A stretch of DNA of 64,000 nt from Candidatus Woesebacteria bacterium (lineage in GTDB: Bacteria; Patescibacteriota; Saccharimonadia; Saccharimonadales; EFPC-124). Made by a program: the position numbers and the translations under genes. The stretch lies in assembly GCA_050115675.1 (NCBI GenBank), contig JASFQB010000002.1:68376-132375 (forward strand). The letters run 5' to 3'. Numbering within the stretch: the stretch's first letter is position 1; each line of letters starts with the position of its first letter. Positions 39,306 through 47,014 of the stretch are shown one piece after another. A model generated the notes under the pieces. The model worked only from the letters and a program-made list of their open reading frames with translations, did no database searches and was not told the DNA's origin.

Positions 39306-39695
39306 ATGTCTACAATAGACCAGCAATTCGTGGAATTTATTGTAAAATCGCTTGTTAATAAACCAGAGCTAGTTACTGTAGTGCGCCGCATTGACGAAAA
39401 AGGCGTGCTTCTAGAGTTAACTGTACATCCTGACGACCTTGGTCGGATCATTGGCAAGCGAGGAATTACGGCTCAAAGTGTGCGCTCGCTTTTGCGGGCC
39501 TTGGGCGTAAAAAATGATGCACGATACAATTTAAAAATAGTTGATAACGACGTAGAAAATACTGCCAAATCTGACAAAACAGACGACAGTGGAAAACCTG
39601 TGGATGATTCTATAGATGAAGCTGTGGAAGAAGACGGTGACGTGGCTGTTCGGACAAGAAAAGAACTTGCCGAACTAGATGATCTGGATATATAA
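39306..39695 (+). CDS. KH domain RNA-binding protein (YlqC-like) with an acidic tail
   Basis: VHPDDLGRIIGKRGITAQSVRSLL GxxG KH motif; conserved position after rpsP. Confidence 0.85.
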   Translation: MSTIDQQFVEFIVKSLVNKPELVTVVRRIDEKGVLLELTVHPDDLGRIIGKRGITAQSVRSLLRALGVKNDARYNLKIVDNDVENTAKSDKTDDSGKPVDDSIDEAVEEDGDVAVRTRKELAELDDLDI

Positions 39696-39781
39696 TCAAA
39701 ACAAGGTCAGGAAACAAAAGCCTGAACCACAAAAATAAAAAAGCTCGTGCGAGCAACATAAGTTGAGAGCTTTATGTGGCG

Positions 39782-39817
39782 AAACAACCGACTGTGGTGT
39801 CGGTTGTTTTGTATTTT
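39782..39817 (+). terminator. Rho-independent terminator after the KH gene
   Basis: AAACAACCGAC/GTCGGTTGTTT 11-bp stem, then a T-rich tail. Confidence 0.65.
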
Positions 39818-39881
39818 AGAAAGTATATAATTATCAAGTGCATGTACCATATGCACACTTGCTTAGTAATAGGAGCCTCTT

Positions 39882-40268
39882 ATGAGGAAGGTGATGCTTG
39901 ATCCCGGCCATGAGATTATGACTAGGTTGCGGGGGGTTATAGACGATCCTTGTCACTGCGACACTCTCTACGCGCCTTTGGCCCAATTGGGCGGGCGAAA
40001 ATTTACTCCAAAAGAGTTTGAGGCTGATGTTTGGGTCGTGCTGAGTACTCATCTTAAAGGCTCTAACCCTAAAGTTCCCGAAGAAGCGATGGCGGTTTTT
40101 ATGGTTATTGTAAACCTTAGCAAAATTGTAAGGGCAGTGAGTGGTGACTCTGACTTGCATGCGGCTGCAATGAGCCGCATGCCAAAAGAAAGTCACAGTA
40201 GTATATGGTATATATTGACAAATACAGATAAACCCTTTAAACTAACTGGGTTGGTCCACCTAGTTTGA
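39882..40268 (+). CDS. Hypothetical protein (G+C-rich orphan inserted in the rpsP-trmD operon)
   Basis: 128-aa ORF with GGAG 9 nt upstream; no motif. Confidence 0.4.
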   Translation: MRKVMLDPGHEIMTRLRGVIDDPCHCDTLYAPLAQLGGRKFTPKEFEADVWVVLSTHLKGSNPKVPEEAMAVFMVIVNLSKIVRAVSGDSDLHAAAMSRMPKESHSSIWYILTNTDKPFKLTGLVHLV

Positions 40269-40283
40269 AGGGCTGGTTGCGTT

Positions 40284-40574
40284 ATGAAGCTGCCTTGTTG
40301 TATGCGTCGTCGTAGGATCCGTAGCGTTCGGTTTGGTACGACTGAAGCGTTGCTTTGCACGGTAGGTGAGAGCTATACTCATCGCGAAATTCAGATTGGT
40401 GTTTACCCTAATGTTCGATGCGTGTACCATGCTGGTCGACTTGTAAGTATCAGACTAAGTTGGCTTCGTGGAGGATATGTGTTTACTACGGAGTCTGATG
40501 ACGGGACCGTTATCGAAAGTGTTGTGGAGGAACGCGATATCGATCCGAGTAGCATCACTTACTTCGAACGGTGA
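40284..40574 (+). CDS. Hypothetical protein (G+C-rich orphan)
   Basis: 96-aa ORF directly followed by a strong terminator. Confidence 0.35.
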   Translation: MKLPCCMRRRRIRSVRFGTTEALLCTVGESYTHREIQIGVYPNVRCVYHAGRLVSIRLSWLRGGYVFTTESDDGTVIESVVEERDIDPSSITYFER

Positions 40575-40581
40575 CTTGTTT

Positions 40582-40618
40582 GGTCTCGCGGGGCTTTGCT
40601 TTGCGAGACCTGTTTTTT
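40582..40618 (+). terminator. Rho-independent terminator
   Basis: GGTCTCGC/GCGAGACC stem (40582-40589/40603-40610) then TGTTTTTT. Confidence 0.7.
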
Positions 40619-40638
40619 AAGAAATATTCTAAAAAATG

Positions 40639-40647
40639 TGTTATAAT
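40639..40647 (+). promoter_or_regulatory. Extended -10 element (TGtTATAAT) immediately upstream of trmD
   Basis: Read directly; 10 nt before ATG 40658, so the mRNA would be leaderless or short-leader. Confidence 0.35.
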
Positions 40648-40657
40648 AGGTACAAAT

Positions 40658-41323
40658 ATGACCAAAAAGATTCAAATTGTATCGTTGTTTCCAGATATGT
40701 TTAAGGGTGTTTTTAACGCCAGCATGCTTTGGAAGGCCCAAGACCGCAAAATTGTAGAGTTTGGCTATATTGATTTGCGCGATTTTGGCATTGGTCCACG
40801 CAAACAGGTTGACGACACTCCATATGGCGGCGGAGACGGTATGCTTTTAAAGCCAGAACCTTTGTTTGCGGCTGTTGAGGCTGCAAAGGGCAAAGATCCT
40901 ACTGCGCAAGTTTTATTAATGACTCCCCGTGGCGAGCGCTGGAGCCAGCAGTTGGCTCAAAGCTTTGCAGATGATGAACGAGGCATGATTTTTGTTTGTG
41001 GCCGCTACGAGGGCTACGACGAGCGAATAACAGCAATTATTGACCGTCAAATCTCTGTTGGAGACTATGTGCTAACAGGCGGTGAGATTCCGGCTATGGC
41101 AATTGTAGATAGCGTTGTGCGGTTGATTCCCGGTGTTTTAGGCGGTGAGCAGTCGGCCGAGATAGAAAGCTTTAGCGACGGCGAAACGTTGGAGTTTCCG
41201 CAGTACACGCGCCCAGCTGAGTTTAGGGGTGTAAAAGTGCCAGACGTGCTGCTGCAAGGCAACCACGCGCAAATTGCCGCATGGCGGGCCGAGCAATCTA
41301 AGAAGGCTAGTTTTTGCCGTTAA
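40658..41323 (+). CDS. trmD: tRNA (guanine37-N1)-methyltransferase
   Basis: IQIVSLFPDMF...DDTPYGGGDGMLLKPEPL...CGRYEGYDER...LTGGEIPAM. The track N-extension crosses a terminator, so the start is moved to ATG 40658. Confidence 0.92.
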   Translation: MTKKIQIVSLFPDMFKGVFNASMLWKAQDRKIVEFGYIDLRDFGIGPRKQVDDTPYGGGDGMLLKPEPLFAAVEAAKGKDPTAQVLLMTPRGERWSQQLAQSFADDERGMIFVCGRYEGYDERITAIIDRQISVGDYVLTGGEIPAMAIVDSVVRLIPGVLGGEQSAEIESFSDGETLEFPQYTRPAEFRGVKVPDVLLQGNHAQIAAWRAEQSKKASFCR

Positions 41324-41642
41324 CTTGTTGGTCAAGCTCGTCAATTATCACGCGTATTCTCCTCCATGCAATGGTGGTGTTAGGAACGTTAGACCATTCA
41401 AGGTCAGCAGCTAGCTCTGTTAGCTCTTCAATTAGGGGGTATTTTTTAAAATCTTCATCTTCTAAATCTAATGCTAGGCATAGTCCGCAAATATCAGCCG
41501 CATAACTTTCTTGTTCTTTTTCGCGCATGTAGTCTGGCTTTGGGCTTGATTGTAGGATTGTTCTGCATTGTTTTATGAAGGTGTTAATTGTCTCTGGGTT
41601 AAGATTCGTTGTCATGGTCTTTGTTGTTGACCTGTTTGTCAA
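41307..41642 (-). CDS. Hypothetical small acidic protein (paralog 1)
   Basis: C-terminal KYPLIEELTELAADLEWSN...W..I...IDELDQQVNGKN is shared with the next gene. Start uncertain. Confidence 0.45.
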   Translation of the reverse strand: MTNRSTTKTMTTNLNPETINTFIKQCRTILQSSPKPDYMREKEQESYAADICGLCLALDLEDEDFKKYPLIEELTELAADLEWSNVPNTTIAWRRIRVIIDELDQQVNGKN

Positions 41643-41913
41643 ACAGATTTATGTATTTTATTAATTCTTGCCAGTCACGATCAATTTCAAGACTGTTTGA
41701 CCAAGACAAATCAGAAGCAAGACAGTAAGCGTCCTCTAGAGTTGGATACTCTACACACCACTTTTCCCAACCGTCAACACTATCACACGCCGTAAGGTGC
41801 CAGGCTAGCTGCTCCTTTTGCCTTGTAGATAGATTTTTATTGTATTGAGCTATCTTGTTTTTGTAGTATGTGGCAAGTTCTTGAATTGTTGATGAGCGGC
41901 GAAAAGATGTCAT
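41599..41913 (-). CDS. Hypothetical small acidic protein (paralog 2)
   Basis: EYPTLEDAYCLASDLSWSN...W..LIKYINLFDKQVNNKD aligns with paralog 1. Confidence 0.5.
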   Translation of the reverse strand: MTSFRRSSTIQELATYYKNKIAQYNKNLSTRQKEQLAWHLTACDSVDGWEKWCVEYPTLEDAYCLASDLSWSNSLEIDRDWQELIKYINLFDKQVNNKDHDNES

Positions 41914-41995
41914 AAATACTCCCTATTTTATAATAATTGTAGCAGCTTTAAATCTAGTTTGCCTCCCCTCAATAGTATATGAGAGGAGGCAGGCT

Positions 41996-42433
41996 CTATC
42001 TGTATCCGTCGTCGTTGTTCCATTGCTCGTATATTACCTCGCCCCACTCATCAATAATAATGTGCAGATGCTCGTGAAACTCTGGATCGCGATTAATTAC
42101 CTTGATATCGGCCACCCAGCAATCGTAACTTCCGCTGTATCCGCTAGATACTTTGATTTTAGCGTCAGTGTCCTGATATTGGATACTTGGCGTCTTGGTG
42201 CCTCGATCGTTAAGTCTGGCAATTTTACGTTTTTCATCCTGGTAGACCTTCCAGGCTGCATCGCCCATTTTATTGCGCAAAGCTTCTACTCTGGCGGCAC
42301 GACGTTCTAGCTCCTTACGCTCGCGCCTCACCTGAAGCGCTGGCTTGCCAGTGACGATAGACTTAAGTCCGTCTTTTACGCCATTGCCAAGGTCCCTAAG
42401 GATGTAGCTGCCGTAGTCCTGAAGCCAGCCCAT
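41996..42433 (-). CDS. Hypothetical protein
   Basis: 145-aa ORF with AGGAGG upstream; basic coiled region then an acidic C-domain. Confidence 0.5.
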   Translation of the reverse strand: MGWLQDYGSYILRDLGNGVKDGLKSIVTGKPALQVRRERKELERRAARVEALRNKMGDAAWKVYQDEKRKIARLNDRGTKTPSIQYQDTDAKIKVSSGYSGSYDCWVADIKVINRDPEFHEHLHIIIDEWGEVIYEQWNNDDGYR

Positions 42434-42786
42434 TTTGGGCCTCCTTTTGGTAGGTTTTGAAACTTGCTGAGCTTAAAGTGTCCTAACTTAAGTAGGCAGG
42501 GGAGTCAAGCGCTAAATTTTTGCAAATGCTTACAAATAAAAAAATATCCCACTGCGTGAGAGAGTCCGTCAACAGCCATGAATGAACATTTTAGAGAGAA
42601 AATGCTCATTCAGGCTGGAGTACGAGTTGTTGTGGTGATAGCGAAATACGACAGGCACCTTTTTGTTTTTGATAGGTTTTTGTGTAATGTTTATCGCTCA
42701 GTCTTAGTTTATATTTTTTAGGCTAAAAGCACAAGTATTTTACGCTAAAATCGTTTAAAATAGGGGATGTAAGAGTGAGGGAACAT

Positions 42787-43191
42787 ATGAAACTTTTTAA
42801 ATTTATTAAGCCAGTTTATGCGCATTGCGATGTGCCTTGCGGAATTTACGAAACCGACACAATGCGCCACGCCGCAGACACCTGCATGCGCATGGTAGAA
42901 AAAATCCAATCTGCAGGCGATTTAGGCAAAGACGAGGCGCGCAACAACTGTATAAGGTCGGTAATGACCAAAGAAAAACACGCTCAACTTTGCAAAGACC
43001 AGCTGTATTTATTGTGGAGTGATTATTTTAAGCCGCAGCATTTAGAGCAGTTTTCGGATTTGCACGAGCGATTTTGGCAAGCAACAAAGCAATGCAGCAA
43101 GGTAAAACAAACTGTCAGCAAAGAAGAATGCCAAATACTTATTGACCAAGTTGCTGGCATTGCAGAAATGTTTAAGCAGTCTCAATCGTAA
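42787..43191 (+). CDS. sodN: Nickel superoxide dismutase precursor
   Basis: Ni-hook HCDVPCGIY immediately after a 12-aa leader MKLFKFIKPVYA. GAGGG precedes ATG 42787. Confidence 0.85.
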   Translation: MKLFKFIKPVYAHCDVPCGIYETDTMRHAADTCMRMVEKIQSAGDLGKDEARNNCIRSVMTKEKHAQLCKDQLYLLWSDYFKPQHLEQFSDLHERFWQATKQCSKVKQTVSKEECQILIDQVAGIAEMFKQSQS

Positions 43192-43194
43192 GTC

Positions 43195-43467
43195 GTGTTT
43201 GCGGTTAGGCGCATTGTTGGTGCAAGCATGCTGCCAAGCTTTAAGCCTGGCCGACTTGTGCTGGCTTTGCGCTGCAAAAATCCAAAAATAGGGGATGTTG
43301 TAATTGCAAAAATCAATGAGCGCGAAGTAATTAAGCGAGTTTTTAGTTACAATAAAAGCGGCTACTTTTTGCTTGGCGACAATATTTTGCACAGTACAGA
43401 TAGCCGCAAATACGGTTTTGTGCCCGCAAATAAAATTATTGGCCGTGTAATTGGAGGACGCAAATGA
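43195..43467 (+). CDS. sodX: S26-type NiSOD maturation peptidase
   Basis: GASMLPSFKPGRLVL (GxSMxP nucleophile motif), ...GDN..HS.DSR. Short form, adjacent to sodN. Confidence 0.7.
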   Translation: MFAVRRIVGASMLPSFKPGRLVLALRCKNPKIGDVVIAKINEREVIKRVFSYNKSGYFLLGDNILHSTDSRKYGFVPANKIIGRVIGGRK

Positions 43468-43931
43468 AACAAAAGTTATTTTTAGCAAACACCTGGGTTT
43501 TGGCTTGGATTTTGTGCGTAACGGCAGTTACTCAATTGTTGGATTTTGAAGAATTTGCAACCATTGTGCAAAGCTATGGAATTACCAGCCAGTCTGGATC
43601 TGTAGCGCTAGCTGTTTGCATAATTGGTCTAGAAGTATTTGCCTTGCCGTATTTATTGGGGCTTAAATTATCTCGACTAGCCAGCGAGTTAAGCTCGTTA
43701 TTTGTAATTTTAGCACCCCTGGCTTGGATTATTTTAATAGGTCAAGAGTTAATAGGCGGCGACAAAAAAGATATAAGCGGCCTGCTGGGCGGATACGTAA
43801 ACATCCCCGTAGGAATGGCATCTTTTGTAATTGTGGCGTTTATATTTGCTATGTCACTATGGAGCTTGTTTAAGATGCGCAACCCGCCAAAATGGCTAGG
43901 ATTTGTACGCAGCGAAGCAGGTAAAAAATAG
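43464..43931 (+). CDS. Hypothetical 4-TM membrane protein coupled to sodX
   Basis: ATGA overlap with sodX; four hydrophobic helices (MauE/DoxX-like shape, not verified). Confidence 0.55.
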   Translation: MKQKLFLANTWVLAWILCVTAVTQLLDFEEFATIVQSYGITSQSGSVALAVCIIGLEVFALPYLLGLKLSRLASELSSLFVILAPLAWIILIGQELIGGDKKDISGLLGGYVNIPVGMASFVIVAFIFAMSLWSLFKMRNPPKWLGFVRSEAGKK

Positions 43932-43940
43932 CCAGCGCGT

Positions 43941-43969
43941 TTGCATAACCTCAAAAAATGCGCTATAAT
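43941..43969 (+). promoter_or_regulatory. Candidate promoter of tRNA-Gln
   Basis: TTGCAT (43941-43946) - 17 nt - TATAAT (43964-43969), 13 nt before the tRNA 5' end. Confidence 0.55.
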
Positions 43970-43981
43970 TTGCTCTGTTAA

Positions 43982-44057
43982 TGGCGAGTGGCCAAGTTGG
44001 TAAGGCGTCGGTTTCTGGCACCGAAGATCGAAGGTTCGAGTCCTTCCTCGCCAGCCA
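43982..44057 (+). tRNA. tRNA-Gln (anticodon CTG), CCA encoded
   Basis: TGGCGAG..TCGGT-TTCTGGC-ACCGA..GAAGGTTCGAGTCCTTC-CTCGCCA-G-CCA. U1:A72 and G73 as in bacterial tRNA-Gln. Confidence 0.9.
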
Positions 44058-44095
44058 TGAAAAAAGATTGACAAATTGTCAATCTTTTTTCATGG
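44055..44095. repeat. 41-nt perfect palindrome (copy 1), a bidirectional terminator-like element abutting tRNA-Gln
   Basis: CCATGAAAAAAGATTGACAA-A-TTGTCAATCTTTTTTCATGG: 20-bp arms checked base by base; overlaps the tRNA CCA end. Confidence 0.85.
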
Positions 44096-44247
44096 CTTGT
44101 GTATTTTTGTGCGCTGAGCCACAGTAAAAAACCGCGGCTCTTTAGGTTGTCTACGGATCTCTCTTGGTTGACATAAGGCTCTAAATTAGAAGTGCCCCAG
44201 TCAAAATGATTTGACCGGGGCTACTCCTGCATGCCTATCTTGTATGC

Positions 44248-44715
44248 CTAGTAGATGTACTTAAATGAATTGGCGGGTGCGGTTCTGGTCGTCACACGGT
44301 TCCAGCCATCCTTGCCATTCATCTCGCTAATCTCCACCTGGGTGCCATCGGCGCTGATGCTCTCGACGATGGCTACTTGGCCATGTGCGCCGCGGTCGGT
44401 CCAGGCGATCGCACCCTTCTTAGGTGTATCGCCAACATTATAGCCATCGCGTTGTGCGTAGGCATACCACGTTTTGGCGTCACCCCAGTTGCGCGGCACG
44501 TTGCGACGGGTCGCCACATAGTATGTACCATAGCCGTAGCTGTAGCCATTGGGGGCGATCGATTCGCTCCTGGGGGGTGCTATTGGGGTAGAGGGAGAGG
44601 ATGCGCTGGTCGCTGGCCGCGCATCCTGCGTTACCTCTGACGATGTACACGCTGCAACACTTGCGGCTAGGGCGAGTGCGAGCAAACACGCCCGAGTTAC
44701 GCCTTTGATCATCAT
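44248..44715 (-). CDS. CHAP-domain-like lipoprotein lacking the catalytic Cys and His (G+C-rich)
   Basis: Lipobox LAASVAAC. The mature part aligns with the SsaA-type CHAP consensus, but GQCTWY is GYGTYY and GHVA is GQVA. The only cysteines are in the signal peptide. Confidence 0.75.
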   Translation of the reverse strand: MMIKGVTRACLLALALAASVAACTSSEVTQDARPATSASSPSTPIAPPRSESIAPNGYSYGYGTYYVATRRNVPRNWGDAKTWYAYAQRDGYNVGDTPKKGAIAWTDRGAHGQVAIVESISADGTQVEISEMNGKDGWNRVTTRTAPANSFKYIY

Positions 44716-44837
44716 GTGCCATATCTCCTAAGTGTGGGTAAGAGCAGGAGCTTCTATTTATTGTAGATTTAATGAAATAGCCTGGCAATTTTAATTTGTA
44801 CAGAATTATACGCGCGTAAACTTTAGGTATTCAATAG

Positions 44838-45317
44838 TTTTTTGATCGTATACGCGATATTCCATACTATACGAGCGATGCCAGCGCGCAATCCTGCTTT
44901 GATAAATGCATTGCATTAAAGCATAGGCTTGATGCTCATGGTCACATCTGCAACTTAATGATTGGCGATTTTTATTGGTCAGACTTAAAATTACCTAAAG
45001 AAATCATGAGACTTTGTAATAAGGATAAGGAGGGTCATGTATTCTTGCGAGTAAAAGCGCCTACAGGCGGTGGCTGGATGAATCTTGATCCAACTATAGA
45101 CATAGCTCTTGGTGAATATTTTACTGTCGAGCAATGGGATGGCAGATCGAGCACTGGTATTATGATGCCGCTCACAAATATTCGTGTCTATCGACCGTTT
45201 TCGTTTTTGGAACGGACTAAATCGAAGGCCCGACGACTGCTTCACCGAACAGAACCAAACAAAGTTTTTTACAGAGCTTTTGATTCTTGGCTCGATGATA
45301 TGCGACTAGGTAATTAG
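44838..45317 (+). pseudogene. Transglutaminase-like cysteine peptidase domain ORF, N-terminally truncated
   Basis: The frame is open from 44838: FFDRIRDIPYYTSDASAQSCFDKCIALKHRLDAHG...GHVFLRVKAPTGGGWMNLDPT (C...H...D core). In-frame TAG at 44835-44837; no canonical start before Met 44958. Confidence 0.4.
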
Positions 45318-45557
45318 TTACAGGTAAGAGATTACTGCGTTTCGATATAATTGCTTCTACGCAATTTACGCTGTACTCTCTTCGTTGCAGCGCAGCGTTG
45401 AGGTTTAAAGAGGGCGAGCATCTCGATCAGTCTCCTCGAACATAATTTCTGCAATTCGTGCCTCGACATCACAATGATAACACTCTAGCTTCTTCAATTT
45501 CTCCGCTATAAGAAGCAATCTAGGATAAATCTGGTGCCACCTGATGGATACTACGTC

Positions 45558-45599
45558 AGCCATAAAAAAAGATTGACTAATTGTCAATCTTTTTTTATG
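45558..45599. repeat. Palindromic element copy 2
   Basis: AGCCATAAAAAAAGATTGACTAATTGTCAATCTTTTTTTATG: differs from copy 1 at a few positions and shares the CAGCCAT junction with the tRNA-Gln 3' end. Confidence 0.8.
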
Positions 45600-45755
45600 C
45601 CAATATCGTTTTTGTTGTATGAGGCTGCCAATTTTTGAGCAGTCTCTTTACTTTGGTTGGCTTTAATTGCCAATTGGAGCCAAGAGCGGTTGTTTATAAT
45701 GGAAATTGATACAATAACTAAACAGTCATTGGATATACATGGGCGACGACCTACA

Positions 45756-46094
45756 TTAGTAGAAAATGATAGCAATAGCTAAACTTGATGGTGTCCGTGC
45801 TGTCGTTTCTATTAGCTCGGCTTGCGTATCGTTTATGGCCTTTAAAAAATCCTTTAGCGATATAAAATTTGCTGTGGCGATTTGACCTTCGTCCTTGCTG
45901 TTTACCTTTTTGTCAAAAGCTTCAGGGAAGTTGCTGCGAACAGGCGCATTGTTGGTGTGGGAATAAATAATCGCACGGCTGTTTATGTAAACTTGGTCGG
46001 TGTTTGCTAGCTTATGTAAGTAGGTTTTGTGGTGCTGTTCAATTCGAGTTTGCCGTACAGGTAAGTTTTGTTGTAATTCGTGCATTAAATCCAC
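45756..46094 (-). CDS. Hypothetical ORF, probably part of a decayed gene
   Basis: GTG start. Neighbouring frames (45405-45775 and 46095-46200) contain short ORF pieces that read like continuations. Confidence 0.3.
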   Translation of the reverse strand: MDLMHELQQNLPVRQTRIEQHHKTYLHKLANTDQVYINSRAIIYSHTNNAPVRSNFPEAFDKKVNSKDEGQIATANFISLKDFLKAINDTQAELIETTARTPSSLAIAIIFY

Positions 46095-46299
46095 AAAATC
46101 TTCGGGCCACTCAATCTACTTAAACAACACCTGCTTGGTGTCGTTGCCTAAAATCTGCTTAAACAAAGGCTCAAAAAATACAAGAGAAGATCGATTTTGA
46201 CCACGTATTATTTTATCCCTGTTTAAGTTTGGTGCTTACGGCAATAGTTTTGCTGAGTATTGTGGTTGGGGTAGATTTCTTGTACAAGTAGCAAAAGTG

Positions 46300-46335
46300 C
46301 CAAAGAAGACAGCTTAAATTTACTGTTTTCTTTGG
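46300..46335 (-). terminator. Rho-independent terminator of the 124-aa gene
   Basis: 13-bp stem CCAAAGAAGACAG/CTGTTTTCTTTGG (one G-T pair), with TTTT after it on the minus strand. Confidence 0.55.
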
Positions 46336-46350
46336 CGCGAAAGGAAATTT

Positions 46351-46725
46351 TTACATCTCTATCCCAACCAGATGGTATGGCCACTCTGGGCCATAGGTTG
46401 CATGAACTGCTGCCAGGATGGCTGCGTCATCACGCGTACACTGTGGGGTAACAGGCTTGACCTCAACGCAGTAAATGTCGTTGTAGTCGAGAAAATCAGG
46501 GCCAGGTAGGTACCTCATCTCTACCTCCCAGGCATTTCCCAGGCGCTGTTGCAGCGCCGCAAGGCTTTCGTCTGAAAGCGGCATCTCGCAGATGCCTCCG
46601 TAGCCAACTACATCGATTTCGTAGATGTTGTGCTCTGTAGAGTAAGTAACTGAATAGCGAATTTGCTCTGCAGTCTTTAGGGCCTGCACTTCAAGTAGCG
46701 TCTTTGGTGCAGGAACGGCGGACAT
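46351..46725 (-). CDS. Hypothetical protein (G+C-rich orphan)
   Basis: 124-aa ORF with GGAAC/AGGAA upstream; no motif. Confidence 0.45.
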   Translation of the reverse strand: MSAVPAPKTLLEVQALKTAEQIRYSVTYSTEHNIYEIDVVGYGGICEMPLSDESLAALQQRLGNAWEVEMRYLPGPDFLDYNDIYCVEVKPVTPQCTRDDAAILAAVHATYGPEWPYHLVGIEM

Positions 46726-47014
46726 GCTAAGTTCCTTCTTGTTTGTCTGTAAAGAACAAAAATTACTGTATTGCTTGTTTGCAGTTTATGTCAATGTTTA
46801 GATTGTTACTAATAAGTAAGTGCGATGTTATTATAGAAGTTGTTGCTGGGACGATGTTGATTGCATTTGCGATAAGAACAACTCCTTTGTTGGCACGTTT
46901 AAATAGTCTAGTATTAAAATGCGCCCGTTCTCTTTGCATAGGGAAAAGACGGGCATTTTTATGTTTTACAAAAGGTGATTTGCGTAGTCTTGGTATTTTT
47001 GCTACGGTGTAAAA

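Larger units (their letters stand above)
44058..45599. mobile_element. Possible degraded tRNA-Gln-linked islet bounded by the two palindrome copies
   Basis: Near-identical 41-42-nt elements at both ends. The interior holds a G+C-rich CHAP-like gene and an N-terminally truncated transglutaminase-like ORF. No integrase. Confidence 0.3.

Noticed and set aside
43742-44074. 110-aa minus-strand ORF
   Set aside because: It overlaps tRNA-Gln and the 3' end of the sodX-coupled membrane gene, so it is spurious.
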